Origin: Thermotoga sp.
GTDB taxonomy: Bacteria; Thermotogota; Thermotogae; Thermotogales; Thermotogaceae
Direction of reading: 5' to 3'
Assembly: GCF_021162145.1 (NCBI RefSeq)
Contig: NZ_JAGGZH010000014.1
Span: forward strand, 44,147-108,146
DNA: 64,000 bases
The notes under the pieces are model-generated. The model saw nothing but the letters and a program-made list of their open reading frames with translations. It was not told where the DNA came from and made no database searches. How positions within the stretch are numbered: the stretch's first letter is position 1; each line of letters starts with the position of its first letter. Shown piece by piece: positions 17,036-31,944 of the stretch. The position numbers and the translations under genes were made by a program.

Positions 17036-18304
17036 TCACGCGTACGCTGTAAGATCCAGCAGTCCGTGACCACTCAGTGTGAATACTATCACTCGTTCTT
17101 TTCCTTCATCTTTCGCTTTTTTTGCTTCTCTTATCGCCCCTGCTATGGCGTGAGCAGATTCTGGAGCGGGAATTATCCCCTCCAGTCTTGCAAAGAGTTT
17201 CGCTGCTTCGAACGCTTCCTTCTGATCGAAAGCTCTGGCTTCCACCAGTCCTTCCTTCACAAGCCTTGCTATTATGGGTGCGGATCCATGATATCTGAGA
17301 CCACCTGCGTGTATTTTCGGAGGGATGAAGTCCTTTCCAAGTGTGTACATCTTGAGCAAGGGAGTAAGTCCTGCCGTATCGCCGAAATCGTAATCGTACT
17401 TTCCCTTGGTCAAGGAGGGGCAGGCAACTGGTTCACAGGCAACGAATCTGATATCCCTTCCCGAAAGTTTTTCTGGTATGAAGGGAAGAATCGTTCCACC
17501 GAAGTTGGATCCTCCTCCATGACATCCCAGAATCACATCGGGCTTTTCTCCGAGGAGTTCAAGTTGCTTTTTTATCTCCAGTCCTATCACTGTTTGATGA
17601 AGTAGAACATGGTTCAGAACACTTCCGAGTGAATACTTCGTATCCGGGTTCGACACGGTCACTTCAAGCGCTTCACTGATAGCGATGCCCAGACTTCCAG
17701 GGTTTTCAGGGTTTTCTTTCAAAAGTCTTCTTCCAAAGTTGGTCTCTTCACTGGGACTTGGTGTTACTTTCCCTCCGAACAGATTCATCATGTACTTCCT
17801 CATGGGCTTTTGATGATAACTCACCTTGACCATGAAGACCTTCACTTCCAGTCCGAACTTGGCTCCAGCGTACGAGAGAGCGCTACCCCATTGTCCCGCC
17901 CCTGTCTCTGTGACCAATCTTTTCACACCTTCTATTTTGTTGTAATAGGCCTGTGCAATGGCCGTGTTGGGTTTGTGACTACCGGTGGGACTCACACCTT
18001 CGTGCTTGTAGTAAATCCTTGCAGGTGTTTGAAGGTACTCTTCCAGAAAAGTGGCCCTGATCAATGGTGTGGGTCTGTAGACCGCGTACTCTTTCAGAAC
18101 GGCTTCTGGGATTTCAATGAAACGTTTGTCAGACATCTCCTGTTCGATCAAACTCATTGGAAATATCACGGAGAGCTTTTCCGGTGAAACTGGTCCCCTT
18201 GTTTCTGGATCCAGAGGTGGATCCAGTTTGAACGGCAGGTCTGCGAGCACATTGTACCAGTGCCTCGGTATTTCACTCGGTTTCAAGTTCACAACAACTC
18301 TCAT
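17036..18304 (-). CDS. trpB2: tryptophan synthase beta-like protein, TrpB2 subfamily
   Basis: A 422-aa protein with the N-terminal extension ([13 protein letters not shown]) typical of TrpB2. It has the PLP lysine region [16 protein letters not shown] and GGGSNFGG. No other trp genes are in the window. Confidence 0.9.
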   Translation of the reverse strand: MRVVVNLKPSEIPRHWYNVLADLPFKLDPPLDPETRGPVSPEKLSVIFPMSLIEQEMSDKRFIEIPEAVLKEYAVYRPTPLIRATFLEEYLQTPARIYYKHEGVSPTGSHKPNTAIAQAYYNKIEGVKRLVTETGAGQWGSALSYAGAKFGLEVKVFMVKVSYHQKPMRKYMMNLFGGKVTPSPSEETNFGRRLLKENPENPGSLGIAISEALEVTVSNPDTKYSLGSVLNHVLLHQTVIGLEIKKQLELLGEKPDVILGCHGGGSNFGGTILPFIPEKLSGRDIRFVACEPVACPSLTKGKYDYDFGDTAGLTPLLKMYTLGKDFIPPKIHAGGLRYHGSAPIIARLVKEGLVEARAFDQKEAFEAAKLFARLEGIIPAPESAHAIAGAIREAKKAKDEGKERVIVFTLSGHGLLDLTAYA

Positions 18305-18320
18305 ATTCTCCCTCCTTCGA

Positions 18321-18329
18321 TGATATAAT
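18321..18329 (+). promoter_or_regulatory. extended -10 element (TGATATAAT) upstream of the fumarase genes
   Basis: An exact TGnTATAAT lies about 10-20 nt upstream of the candidate starts at 18340 and 18349. There is no clear -35. Confidence 0.3.
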
Positions 18330-18339
18330 CTCCTTTGAG

Positions 18340-19167
18340 GTGAAAAGAGTGATCAGAGCACACACTGTTCTCGAGAAAGTGAAGAAAGCCATCGTTGAGG
18401 CCAACGTGAAGATAAACGAAGAGGTCAGAGAGATCCTCGAGAAGTACGAAGGTCCCTTTTCTGATATAATAAAGGAAAACTACCGCATTTCCAAAGAAGA
18501 AAACCTTCCACTCTGTCAGGACACAGGAATGGTGGAGTTCTTTGTTTTACTGGGACACGAGATCAGGTTGGAAGAACCCATCGAACGAACGCTGAACAGA
18601 GCGGTCGAAGAGGTCTATACAGAGTACCCTTTCAGATGTTCTGTTGTTTCCGATCCCCTGTTCGATAGGATCAACACAGAGACCAACACTCCCACCGTTG
18701 TTCATCTCTTTCAGGTGGAGGGAAAGAGGCTTGAGATCAGATTCCTCGTGAAGGGTGGGGGCAGCGAAAATCTCACGATGTTGCGAATGCTGACCCCAAC
18801 CTCTGGTTTGGAAAGGATAAAAGAGATTGTGGAGGAACACATCAGAGAAAACGGTGCGAAAGCCTGTCCACCCCTCCACGTTGGAGTTGGAATAGGTGGT
18901 TCGGCGGACAAGGCGGTCCTTCTTTCAAAACTTGCTCTCACCAGAAGTTTCGGGGAAAGAAACGAAGATCCAAGGTACGCTGAGCTCGAAAGAGAACTCG
19001 AAAACGAACTGAACCTCCTTGGAATAGGATTCCAGGGATTGGGAAAGGGAATAACCGTCTATTCTGTTCATGTAGAACATTTTCCAACCCACATCGCTAC
19101 CTTGCCCGTTGCCGTCTCGGTGGACTGTTACCTTTGCAGAAAGGGGAAAGTGGTCGTTGAAGGTTGA
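18340..19167 (+). CDS. class I (Fe-S) fumarate hydratase, alpha subunit (N-terminal domain protein)
   Basis: [24 protein letters not shown] and VGVGIGGS are motifs of the split archaeal/Thermotoga-type fumarase (or tartrate dehydratase). GTG 18349, after GAGGTGA, is an equally good start. Confidence 0.9.
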   Translation: MKRVIRAHTVLEKVKKAIVEANVKINEEVREILEKYEGPFSDIIKENYRISKEENLPLCQDTGMVEFFVLLGHEIRLEEPIERTLNRAVEEVYTEYPFRCSVVSDPLFDRINTETNTPTVVHLFQVEGKRLEIRFLVKGGGSENLTMLRMLTPTSGLERIKEIVEEHIRENGAKACPPLHVGVGIGGSADKAVLLSKLALTRSFGERNEDPRYAELERELENELNLLGIGFQGLGKGITVYSVHVEHFPTHIATLPVAVSVDCYLCRKGKVVVEG

Positions 19168-19651
19168 AGAACTGAAAGCCGGCCAGGAAATACGCTACTC
19201 TGGGAAACTCATCGTCATGAGAGATCAGGCCCAGAAGAGACTGAAGGAACTCCTGGAGAAGAGAAAGAAACTGCCTGTGAACCTTGAAGGGCAGATAGTG
19301 TTCTACGCGGGACCTGCCAGGACCCCTCAGGGAAAGCCCATGGGTGCCATAGGTCCTACCACGAGCGCCAGAATGGACGACTACCTGGAGATACTTTTTG
19401 AACTTGGGGTCATTGCAACGGTGGGAAAGGGAAAAAGATCAAGGAAAGCGAACGAAGCCTGTAAGAAGTGGAAAAGGGTCTACTTTGTAACACCCAGTGG
19501 AACGGCCGCGGCCCTTTCGAAGAGAGTGAAAAATGCCAGAGTGCTTGCGTTCGAAGATCTCGGACCCGAAGCTGTTTATGAAATAGAAGTGGAAGGGTTT
19601 CCCCTCGTTGTGGCAATAGACAGTGAAGGCAACTCGATCTTCAAGGAGTGA
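19157..19651 (+). CDS. class I fumarate hydratase, beta subunit (C-terminal domain protein)
   Basis: GKLIVMRDQAQKRL, FYAGPA, IGPTTSARMD and GKGKRS. The TTG start at 19157 overlaps the end of the alpha gene. Confidence 0.9.
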   Translation: MKVEELKAGQEIRYSGKLIVMRDQAQKRLKELLEKRKKLPVNLEGQIVFYAGPARTPQGKPMGAIGPTTSARMDDYLEILFELGVIATVGKGKRSRKANEACKKWKRVYFVTPSGTAAALSKRVKNARVLAFEDLGPEAVYEIEVEGFPLVVAIDSEGNSIFKE

Positions 19652-19655
19652 GAAG

Positions 19656-20786
19656 ATGAATCCTCTGGAGATACACAGGATTTTGAGGGGAAAGATAAGG
19701 ATCTCTCTTCCCGTTGAAAAAACAGATAAGGAAATCCTTTCTCTTCTCTACACCCCAGGAGTTGCTGAAGTTGCAAGAGCCTGTACTGAAAATCCAGAGA
19801 ACACCTACGTCTACACCTCCAGATGGAACACGGTTGCAGTCGTTTCGGATGGAAGCGCTGTTCTTGGGCTCGGAAACATAGGTCCTTACGGGGCTCTTCC
19901 TGTGATGGAGGGCAAGGCGTTTCTTTTCAAAGCCTTTGCGAATCTGGATGCCTTTCCCATTTGTCTTTCCGAAACCAGTGAAGGAAAGATCATCGAAATT
20001 GTGAAGAGTCTCGAGCCGAGTTTTGGAGGAATAAACCTCGAAGACATAGCTGCACCGAAGTGTTTCAAAATCCTGGAGCGTCTCTCCGAGGAGATGGACA
20101 TCCCCGTTTTCCACGACGATCAGCAAGGAACGGCTGTTGTTGTGTCTGCGGCCTTTCTCAACGCGCTGAAGCTCGTGGGAAAAAGGGCAGAAGAAGTGAA
20201 GGTAGTCGTGAGCGGGATCGGGGCCGCGGGATACAACATCGTCAGGTTCCTTCTGGATCTTGGTGTGAGAAACATTGTGGCAGTTGACAGAAATGGCATC
20301 CTGAACGAAGAAAATCCGGAGACTTGCCTGAATGAGTACCACCTGGAGATCGCACGTCTTACAAATCCCGAGGGGCTGTCCGGTGATCTGGAAGTGGCCC
20401 TGGCAGGGGCGGACTTTTTCATAGGTGTCTCGAGGGGAAATATCGTGAAACCGGAGTGGATAAAGAAGATGAACAAAAAACCCGTTGTTTTCGCCCTTGC
20501 AAATCCTATTCCTGAAATAAACCCGCTCCTTGCAAAGGAAGCAGGTGCCTTCATTGTCGCAACGGGAAGATCAGACCATCCGAACCAGGTGAACAATCTT
20601 CTTGCCTTTCCCGGGATCATGAAGGGAGCGATGGAGAGGAGGTCGAGAATCACGAAAAACATGCTCTTCTCTGCAGTTGAAGCGATTGCAAACTCGTGCG
20701 AACCGCATCCAGACAGGATCATTCCAGAGGCGTTCGATGAAAGGGTGCATCAGAACGTTTATCACGCCGTTAAAAACTCATCGTGA
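19656..20786 (+). CDS. NAD(P)-dependent malic enzyme (malate oxidoreductase, decarboxylating)
   Basis: LSLLYTPGVA, VVSDGSAVLGLGNIGP..ALPVMEGKA, FGGINLEDI, HDDQQGTAVV and the Rossmann motif VVSGIGAAG. This is the short prokaryotic malic enzyme form. Confidence 0.9.
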   Translation: MNPLEIHRILRGKIRISLPVEKTDKEILSLLYTPGVAEVARACTENPENTYVYTSRWNTVAVVSDGSAVLGLGNIGPYGALPVMEGKAFLFKAFANLDAFPICLSETSEGKIIEIVKSLEPSFGGINLEDIAAPKCFKILERLSEEMDIPVFHDDQQGTAVVVSAAFLNALKLVGKRAEEVKVVVSGIGAAGYNIVRFLLDLGVRNIVAVDRNGILNEENPETCLNEYHLEIARLTNPEGLSGDLEVALAGADFFIGVSRGNIVKPEWIKKMNKKPVVFALANPIPEINPLLAKEAGAFIVATGRSDHPNQVNNLLAFPGIMKGAMERRSRITKNMLFSAVEAIANSCEPHPDRIIPEAFDERVHQNVYHAVKNSS

Positions 20787-22001
20787 GCGTTTCCCCTGCC
20801 ATCCCAAGATTGCGTAATCCGAGTTGAACGTTCTGAAGGCAAGCCACATCATCGCGAGAGAGAACCCTATCAGGTACACGAGTCCCCATACGATCAATCC
20901 GTAGTCCCCGTACAGCACCATCTTCGGTGCCATAATGGGATGGGAAAAGGGAATGGTGAAGATGATCACCTTCAGAACACCCGGAAGGTTAGAGAAATCT
21001 TTGATCATGTTCGCTATCATGGGAACAAGGGCAAGAATCGAAATGGGAAAAGTAAAGAACTGACTGCTCCTGTAGTCTTTTGCCATGATTCCAAAGAACA
21101 TGCACAGTGAAAGCCCGGCCAGTATGGCAAGAAGCAGGCTCAAACCAATCAGAGCAAAATCGATGATGCTGAAGCTTACCACAGTCCTCTGAATCCCCTG
21201 TGAGAAGGAGTTCAGATAGCTGTAGAAACCGATCATGTATATTCCTGCAAGAATCAATCCCACAATGGCACTACCGACGATTTTGGCGAGAACGATATAC
21301 TCTCTTCTTATGGGCATGGTGAGGAGTGTTTCGAGCGTTTTGTTTTCTTTTTCCAGAGCGAGCGAAGAGATGAGGGATGAACCGGACATGATGATGAGTA
21401 TCATGATCAGGAGTGGAATCGTGATGTTCTGAGAATAAAAGATGTTCACGATCGAGTCTGGAGAGCGATTCTCAAAGAACATGTTTCTCAAGTACGTATG
21501 CTGAACGACGGTGAACGGGCTAATCAGGAATCGTGTTTTTTTCTCATCCCTCAAAAGGAACGCTGAGATCCTGGTTTTCAGATTCTCAAGGAGTGAGTAA
21601 ACCGCCGCAGTTGGGATCGTATCGGAAAGACCGGTCCCTCTCAAATACCACAGTACCTCTATTCGTGTTTGTTTGAAACTTTCCAGATCACTTGAAAATC
21701 CTTCCGGTATCAAGAAAATCGCCGAAGCTTTCTTTTCTTCGAGAGTCTTTTTCGCCTCATCCAGATCGTCTCCAGCGTAAACGATCTCTGCTGCTCTGCT
21801 CAGTTCCTGAACCACAAATTTTGCAAGCTCACCCCTGTCATGTTCTACAATTGCTATCTTAGGTTTTTTGGTCACTTCCTTGATCGTACCTTCGAACACG
21901 TTACCCAGCGAGCCGTAAAGAACTGAAACGATCACAACGAAAACGATGGTCCCCACACTGAGAAGTTCTTTTATTTCTTTCTTTAAGAGTCTACCAAACA
22001 C
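20778..22001 (-). CDS. ABC-2 type transporter permease
   Basis: A 407-aa protein with an N-terminal TM, a large extracytoplasmic loop and a C-terminal bundle of about 5 TM helices. Its start overlaps the end of the upstream ATPase gene by 19 nt. Confidence 0.8.
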   Translation of the reverse strand: MFGRLLKKEIKELLSVGTIVFVVIVSVLYGSLGNVFEGTIKEVTKKPKIAIVEHDRGELAKFVVQELSRAAEIVYAGDDLDEAKKTLEEKKASAIFLIPEGFSSDLESFKQTRIEVLWYLRGTGLSDTIPTAAVYSLLENLKTRISAFLLRDEKKTRFLISPFTVVQHTYLRNMFFENRSPDSIVNIFYSQNITIPLLIMILIIMSGSSLISSLALEKENKTLETLLTMPIRREYIVLAKIVGSAIVGLILAGIYMIGFYSYLNSFSQGIQRTVVSFSIIDFALIGLSLLLAILAGLSLCMFFGIMAKDYRSSQFFTFPISILALVPMIANMIKDFSNLPGVLKVIIFTIPFSHPIMAPKMVLYGDYGLIVWGLVYLIGFSLAMMWLAFRTFNSDYAILGWQGKRSR

Positions 22002-22717
22002 CTGACCACCTCCTCGAAGACCTCTTCCACATTCTGTGCTTTGTACCTTTCCTTGAGTTCTTCAACAGTTCCCGTCTCCACGATCTTTCCGTTGTGGATC
22101 AACGCTATTCGATCGCAGAGAAACTCTACCTCAAGCATGTTGTGTGAAGAAAGAAGGATGGTAAGTCCTTCTTGAACCGCCAGTTTCAAGATCTTTCTAA
22201 CTTCTCTCGCGTTCAGCACGTCGAGTCCAGAGGTGGGCTCATCCAGTATGGCTAGACGTGGATTCACCATCAACGCTCTTGCTATGAGGAGTTTCCTGAC
22301 CATTCCTTTGCTGTAGGTGGAGATCTTATCTTTCACCCTGTCTTCTAATCCTGAGATCTCAACCGCTTTCTCGATCATAGCGTTCATCTCTCTAGAGTTT
22401 TTCGCGTAAAAGCCTGCTACGAACCTCAAGTATTCAATTCCTCTCATATTCTTGTAGGCACCTGCTTCTTCGGGAAGGTAACTGATCAACTTTCTGACTT
22501 CATGGGGCTCTTTGATCACGTCTTTTCCAAAGATAGAGACTCTTCCCGAGGTGGGTTTTATGAGGGTGGAGAGGATCCTGAGGGTGGTGGTCTTTCCAGC
22601 TCCGTTCGGTCCTATGAGTCCGAAGATCTCTCTTTCTTCGATCTCAAAGGAAATACCTTTCAGAATTTCTTTTTTGCCTATGTTTCTTCTGAGATCTTTT
22701 ACGACAACTACCCCCAT
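21983..22717 (-). CDS. ABC transporter ATP-binding protein (ABC-2/NatA-like)
   Basis: Walker A GPNGAGKTT, signature YSKGMVRK, Walker B ILDEPTSGLD and the H-loop SSHNM. Confidence 0.9.
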   Translation of the reverse strand: MGVVVVKDLRRNIGKKEILKGISFEIEEREIFGLIGPNGAGKTTTLRILSTLIKPTSGRVSIFGKDVIKEPHEVRKLISYLPEEAGAYKNMRGIEYLRFVAGFYAKNSREMNAMIEKAVEISGLEDRVKDKISTYSKGMVRKLLIARALMVNPRLAILDEPTSGLDVLNAREVRKILKLAVQEGLTILLSSHNMLEVEFLCDRIALIHNGKIVETGTVEELKERYKAQNVEEVFEEVVRCLVDS

Positions 22718-22732
22718 GAAACGAATCCCCCT

Positions 22733-23578
22733 CTATTTCGATATTATCAAACCTCTGTTGTTTACCTTTAACCTCAGTACATCCCTCAGGTAGGGTATAC
22801 CTTCGACATCTTTCACATCCGTACAGATGGAGGGACCGGATCCACTCACGAACCAGTAACTCGGTTTTTTCGAAACAACTGCCCTCACGAACTCTTTCAT
22901 CTCTTCGTACTGGTTTATCCTGTACGACTGGTGAAGGCGATCTTCCACGTACTTGAAGGCATCGTCCAGTTTACCGGAGGCGATCTTCGCTAGGAATTGG
23001 CAGGAATTTTTGATGTTGAAGACAGCATCTTCGAATGAAACCTCTTTAGGAAGAACTCTCCTCATGTTGTTTGTACAGAGTGAAAAATTGGGTACAAGGA
23101 AGGTGAGTTCAAAGTCCAACTCGAACCTTTCGAAATCGAAGACGTCTCCATCCTGATAGCAGACAACGAGTCCTCCCACGAAAGCTGGTACAACGTTGTC
23201 TGGGTGTCCTTCGAGCTCTACGGCGAGTTTCATGAGATCCCGCTGCGAGAGGTTCGCTTTCGTTCCCACGTTTGCTATGTAAAGTGCGGAGACGATCACG
23301 GCAGCACTGGAACCAAGACCACTGGAAACCGGTATGTTGCAAACCTGCCTTATTTTGACAGGGGGCACTCTGTAACCCGTTTTCTTCTCAAAAAACTCGA
23401 AGACTTCAAAGAACAAATCGTAGCTTTCGAGATCCGGGGCGTACTTTCCAGTGCTTTCGATAAAAGTTTTGTCGGTGTCAAAAGAAAAAAATACCTCGTT
23501 GAAAAGATCAAGAGCGAGACCAAAGACATCGAATCCTGCTCCCAGATTCGTTGTTGTGGCAGGAACCATTATTTTCAT
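22733..23578 (-). CDS. thrB: homoserine kinase
   Basis: GHMP kinase motifs [12 protein letters not shown] and [12 protein letters not shown]. It lies directly downstream of thrC. Confidence 0.9.
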   Translation of the reverse strand: MKIMVPATTTNLGAGFDVFGLALDLFNEVFFSFDTDKTFIESTGKYAPDLESYDLFFEVFEFFEKKTGYRVPPVKIRQVCNIPVSSGLGSSAAVIVSALYIANVGTKANLSQRDLMKLAVELEGHPDNVVPAFVGGLVVCYQDGDVFDFERFELDFELTFLVPNFSLCTNNMRRVLPKEVSFEDAVFNIKNSCQFLAKIASGKLDDAFKYVEDRLHQSYRINQYEEMKEFVRAVVSKKPSYWFVSGSGPSICTDVKDVEGIPYLRDVLRLKVNNRGLIISK

Positions 23579-24624
23579 AGATCCAGTACCTCCAGGATCT
23601 CATCTATCTTCCCTTCTATTGTCCTTGGAGGCTCCAGCTGTGAGATAACAACGTTCGGATCTTTGAGCCCATTTCCGGTAAGGGTACACACCACAGTTTC
23701 TCCACCTTTGAAGAGACCCTGTTCGTGCTTCTTCAGAAGCCCTGCTATCGACGCGGCAGATGCGGGTTCACAGAAGATACCTTCCTTTTGAGCCAGAAGT
23801 CTCTGTGCCTTCAGTATTTCATCGTCGCTCACCATGCCGATATCTCCACCTGATTCATCGCGAGCCTGAACTGCCTTTTCCCAGTTGGCGGGATTTCCTA
23901 TCCTTATGGCGGTGGCGATCGTCTCCGGGTTTTCAATAGGATGCCCCCGGACTATTGGAGCTGCTCCTTCTGCCTGGAATCCCATCATCTTCGGAAGTTT
24001 CGAGGAGAGGCCGTGTTGATAGTACTCCTTGTAACCCATCCAGTAAGCGGAGATGTTTCCCGCGTTCCCCACGGGAATGAAATGATAGTCTGGTGCGTCG
24101 CCGAGATCATCAACGATCTCGAAAGCAGCCGTCTTCTGTCCTTCGAGTCTGTAAGGGTTGATACTGTTCACAAGTGTGATGGGGTACTTGGAGGTAACCT
24201 CCTTCACCAGCTCCAGACACTTGTCGAAGTTGCCTTTCACCTGCAGTACGACGGCACCGTATATCATTGCCTGGGCAAGTTTTCCTAAGGCGATCTTTCC
24301 CTCCGGTATCAGAACGATCGCCTTTATCCCTGTTCTTGCGGCGTAGGCGGCAGCTGAAGCAGAGGTGTTGCCCGTTGAAGCACACATGATAGCTTTAGCT
24401 CCTTCTTCCAGAGCTTTGGCCACCGCAACGACCATTCCTCTGTCTTTGAAAGATCCCGTTGGATTCGCTCCTTCATACTTCACGTAGACTTTTATTCCGA
24501 GTTCCCTGCTCATGTTCACAAGGGGAATGAGAGGAGTGTTCCCCTCGTTCAGTGAGATCATAGGGGTTTTATCAGTCACCGGGAGGAATTTCTTGTACTT
24601 TTCGAGCACACCCAATTCTCTCAC
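23575..24624 (-). CDS. thrC: threonine synthase
   Basis: The PLP lysine motif [13 protein letters not shown] and [14 protein letters not shown]. Confidence 0.95.
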   Translation of the reverse strand: MRELGVLEKYKKFLPVTDKTPMISLNEGNTPLIPLVNMSRELGIKVYVKYEGANPTGSFKDRGMVVAVAKALEEGAKAIMCASTGNTSASAAAYAARTGIKAIVLIPEGKIALGKLAQAMIYGAVVLQVKGNFDKCLELVKEVTSKYPITLVNSINPYRLEGQKTAAFEIVDDLGDAPDYHFIPVGNAGNISAYWMGYKEYYQHGLSSKLPKMMGFQAEGAAPIVRGHPIENPETIATAIRIGNPANWEKAVQARDESGGDIGMVSDDEILKAQRLLAQKEGIFCEPASAASIAGLLKKHEQGLFKGGETVVCTLTGNGLKDPNVVISQLEPPRTIEGKIDEILEVLDL

Positions 24625-26792
24625 TCCCTGTCCAGTTCGAATCTGCTGTGGATCGCCTTGACGGCGTCTTCCACGTACCTGCCATCTATGATCACAGAGA
24701 TCCTGCTGCTTGAAGCACTGATCATATCGATGTTGATGCCCTCGTTGGCGAGTGTTTCGAAAAGAGTAGCGGAGATCTCCGGTGAAGAAGTGAGATTCAC
24801 ACCAACGATGGAAACCTTTGCCAGTTCCTTTTCGATTATAACGTCTTTGGCCTCACTTCTGGTTCTCAAAAGATCGAGATCGAGTTTCTCAAGCTGGGAT
24901 TCTGGTACGATGAACGCTACCGTGTTGTACTCTCCACTCTTCATTCCCTGTATGATCATGTCTATGTTCACGTCCATCTGAGAGAGAGTCCTCATGATCC
25001 TTGCGGCGACCCCTGGTTTGTCGGGAACGTCCTTCAGTACCACCTTCGCCATATCGGCCTCGAACGTGACGGCTCTAACGATCGGGTTTTCCATCTTTGT
25101 CCCCTCCCATATGAGAGTGCCCTTCGTTTCCCTGTAGGCGTTCTTTATCAGCACCTTGACTCCGTACTTCCTCGCGAACTCTGCTGCTCTTGCCTGTAGA
25201 ACCTGTGCTCCATGCCTGGAAAGTTCTATCATCTCTTCCCAGGACAACTCTTTGATAACACGAGCATTCTTCACGATCTTGGGGTCTGCTGTGTAGACCC
25301 CATCCACGTCTTTGTAAAGTTCGCACAGATCTGCACCCAGAGAGTACGCAAGTGCGATCGCCGTGAGATCCGATCCACCCCTTCCGAGGGTGGTTATGTC
25401 TCCTGTCTCCGTTATACCCTGAAACCCCGCGATGACCGGTATGAAACCCTGTTTCAGATACCTCGAGATGATGTCCGTGTTGATGTCTATTATTCTCGCA
25501 GAGCCATACCTTTTGTCAGTGATGATCTTCAATTGATTTCCGGTGAACGATATCGCTTTGTAACCTCTTTTTCTGAGGGCGATACTCATCAGGGCAGCGC
25601 TCTGAATCTCTCCCGTTGACAGGAGAAGATCGAGCTCCCTCGGATCGGGATTTTCATCTATTGTCTTTGCAAGGTCTACCAAACGATCCGTGGTATCACC
25701 CATTGCAGATAGCACCACGACAGGCTTCACACCGCTCTTTTTTCTTTTGATGACCTTCTCCGCAACCTTCTCCAGCCTTTCCACGCCGGAGATGGCTGCA
25801 CCACCGAACTTCATTACCACAACCGAGAATTTCTCCGCACCACCGAACACCTTGTACTTTGCCACTCTGAACAGATCTGCTATCACGGCACTGGCCGTGG
25901 GATATCCTCCGGCACCCCTTCCCTTCAGAAGAAAGTCACCAGCCAGGTCCGTTGAAACCTCTATAGCGTTGTCTACACCATCGACGTTGAAGAAGGGATC
26001 CTCAGGTGTTACCTCCCTCAAGCGTACCTCGTACCTGTTCGACGAAAAGTCGAGCTCTCCGATCAGCTTGAGTTTCTTTCCAGATTTCAGAACTTCATTC
26101 AGGTATTCCGGTGCGAGCTTTGTTATTCCCTCGAACTTCACGTTGTGTATACCTGGAAATCTTCCTGTCACCACACCTGCCAGAACGGAAACTTTGTATG
26201 CGATGTCATAGCCTTCGATGTCGTTGGTTGGATCGGCTTCGGCGTATCCGAGCTTCTGGGCTTCTCTTAGCACCTCATCGAAAGATCTTCCCTTGCTCAT
26301 CTCCGTGAGTATGTAGTTGGTCGTTCCGTTCATGATTCCACGGATCTTGGTCACCTTCTGAAAGATCAGATAATCCTGAAGGAGGGAGATGATGGGAATG
26401 CCTCCTCCAACGGAAGCTTCGAAAAAGAGCCTTCTTTTCTTTATGTAATCGATGAATTCGTTTCCGTATTCTGAGATGAGGTTCTTGTTCGGAGTGACAA
26501 CGATCCTTCCGAGTTCCAAGGCTCGCCGAACAAGATCCACGGCCACATCCGTTCCGCCTATGGCTTCCACTACCACGTCGCTGTTCAAAATCAGGTCATC
26601 GAAATCAAACGCTATTTCTTCCTTTGGCACGTTGTACCTCTCGTACTTTTTGGGGGAACGATTTATTACCTTTGATACGATGAACCTCTCACCGACCCTT
26701 CTTTCTATCTCATCACCTCTTTCTTTCAGTATTCTGTATATGCTCCCACCAACGGTTCCAAGTCCCGCGATTCCCACCCTCACCTTTCTCAC
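24621..26792 (-). CDS. bifunctional homoserine dehydrogenase (N-terminal) / aspartate kinase (C-terminal)
   Basis: The N-terminus [12 protein letters not shown] (NAD fold) with a homoserine dehydrogenase catalytic domain. From about residue 330, [22 protein letters not shown] and GRGGSD mark aspartokinase. Two ACT-like repeats sit at the extreme C-terminus. Confidence 0.9.
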   Translation of the reverse strand: MRKVRVGIAGLGTVGGSIYRILKERGDEIERRVGERFIVSKVINRSPKKYERYNVPKEEIAFDFDDLILNSDVVVEAIGGTDVAVDLVRRALELGRIVVTPNKNLISEYGNEFIDYIKKRRLFFEASVGGGIPIISLLQDYLIFQKVTKIRGIMNGTTNYILTEMSKGRSFDEVLREAQKLGYAEADPTNDIEGYDIAYKVSVLAGVVTGRFPGIHNVKFEGITKLAPEYLNEVLKSGKKLKLIGELDFSSNRYEVRLREVTPEDPFFNVDGVDNAIEVSTDLAGDFLLKGRGAGGYPTASAVIADLFRVAKYKVFGGAEKFSVVVMKFGGAAISGVERLEKVAEKVIKRKKSGVKPVVVLSAMGDTTDRLVDLAKTIDENPDPRELDLLLSTGEIQSAALMSIALRKRGYKAISFTGNQLKIITDKRYGSARIIDINTDIISRYLKQGFIPVIAGFQGITETGDITTLGRGGSDLTAIALAYSLGADLCELYKDVDGVYTADPKIVKNARVIKELSWEEMIELSRHGAQVLQARAAEFARKYGVKVLIKNAYRETKGTLIWEGTKMENPIVRAVTFEADMAKVVLKDVPDKPGVAARIMRTLSQMDVNIDMIIQGMKSGEYNTVAFIVPESQLEKLDLDLLRTRSEAKDVIIEKELAKVSIVGVNLTSSPEISATLFETLANEGINIDMISASSSRISVIIDGRYVEDAVKAIHSRFELDRE

Positions 26793-26905
26793 TCCTCGAT
26801 AGAATTTGTGAACATTTTAAACGATCGATATGTTCTCAGGTTATCCTGAATTTTACATTTTCATGATGATAATGCTACCGCTACTAAAAAATTCGACTCG
26901 ACAAC

Positions 26906-26935
26906 TTGACATTGTGAAGCACGTGATGATACTAT
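26906..26935 (+). promoter_or_regulatory. candidate promoter of the ilv-leu operon
   Basis: TTGACA (26906-26911), an 18-nt spacer, then TGaTACTAT (extended -10-like, 26927-26935), about 75 nt upstream of ilvB. Confidence 0.4.
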
Positions 26936-27010
26936 TCCTAAAAAACCCCCCATGATTCGTTATTCCAAGATTTCGGTATAATCATTCAATATTCGAGAGG
27001 AGTGATCCAC

Positions 27011-28752
27011 GTGAAGATGAGAGGTTCCAGGATGTTGTTTGAAGCTTTTTTGAGAGAAGGTGTGGATACGATTTTTGGTATACCAGGAGGGGCCATCATC
27101 AACGTCTACGACGAGCTCTGCAATTATGAAGACAAGATAAATTTCTACCTTTTCAGACACGAACAAGGAGCCACACACGCAGCAGACGGCTATGCGAGGG
27201 TCACTGGAAAGCCGGGTGTCGTCATAGTCACCTCCGGACCCGGAGCGACTAACACCGTGACGGGAATCGCCACCGCCTACATGGATTCCATACCACTCGT
27301 TGTGATCACAGGACAGGTTCCAACCTCCTTCATTGGAACAGATGCTTTCCAAGAGGTTGATGTCACTGGCATCACAATGCCCATCACAAAACACAACCAC
27401 CTTGCCACCAGCATAGAAGAGCTTCCCTACGCGATAAAGGAAGCTTTCTACGTTGCTACAACGGGAAGGCCGGGTCCTGTACTTCTCGACTTTCCAAAGG
27501 ATGTTCAAACAGCAGAGGGAGAGTTCAATTATCCCGATGAAATAGAAATCCTGGGTTACAAACCTACCGTGAAGGGTCATCCCAGACAGATAAAGAAGGT
27601 GATGGAACTGTTGAAGGAATCGAAGCGTCCCATTGTTATCGTCGGTGGTGGTGCGAACCTCTCGGGTACGATGAATCTGGTGAATCAGTTCGTAGACAAG
27701 TTCAGGGTGCCCGCAGTCAGCACGTTAATGGGACGTGGAGTGAATCCATCCGACGAAAGACTCTACTACGATGGAATAGGGATGCACGGTGCGTACTACG
27801 GAAACTACGCCGTGGCCAACGCTGATCTCATCATCGCACTCGGTGTAAGGTTCAGTGACAGGATCCTCGGAAATCCACGTACTTTCGCAAAGAACGCCAA
27901 AATTGTTCATGTTGACATAGATCCCGCCGAGATAGGAAAGAACGTTTCAGTGGATGTACCGATCGTTGGAGACCTGAGAAACGTTCTTGAGGAGTTCTTG
28001 AAATACGATCTAGACACAGATTTCTCCGAATGGATCGAAGAGCTTCAAGAGGTAAAGAAAAAGTATCCGTTGACGTACGAAAGAGATGGAAAACTCATAA
28101 AACCTCAGTACATCGTGGAGAAAGTGAACGAGGTCTTTCCGGACGATACAATAGTCGTGGCAGACGTGGGGCAGAATCAGATGTGGGTTGCACAGTATTA
28201 CAAGTTCAAACATCAAAGATCTTTCTTGTGCTCTGGAGGGCTTGGAACGATGGGATACGCGCTACCGGCGGGGATAGGAGCGAAGATAGGTGCTCCAGAC
28301 AGGGAAGTCGTGATCTTCGCTGGTGACGGTGGTTTCCAGATGAACATCCAGGAACTCATGACGATCAGAAGATACAACCTCCCGGTGAAGATCATAGTGA
28401 TGGACAACAAGGCTCTGGGAATGGTAAGACAATGGCAACAACTCTTCTTCAACTGCAGATACTCCGCCACGGTTCTGTCTGATAACCCAGACTTTGCGAG
28501 GATAGCAGAGGCTGTCGGTATAAAGGCAATGAAGATAGAGAAACCAGATCAAGTGGACAAGGCGGTGGAAGAACTCGCGAGATCGAGGAGACCCATGCTC
28601 ATACACGCCGTTGTCGATCCTGCTGAAAACGTGCTCCCGATGGTCCCGCCAGGAGGAGATGTGGGAGCGCCTCTCGTCGAAGCATCTTACGATGACTCCT
28701 TCGTGAAGCAGGTGATGAAGGTTATCGATGAAAACAGGAGAGGTGATGAAAG

Positions 28753-28756
<4 letters not shown>
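27011..28756 (+). CDS. ilvB: acetolactate synthase (acetohydroxyacid synthase) large subunit
   Basis: GIPGGAI, HEQGATHAADGYAR, TSGPGATN and the ThDP motif GDGGFQMNIQEL...NN-type. GTG 27011 lies 8 nt after GAGGAG. ATG 27002 and ATG 27017 are alternative starts. Confidence 0.95.
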
Positions 28757-31932
<3,176 letters not shown>

Positions 31933-31944
31933 GGAGGTGGTCTC

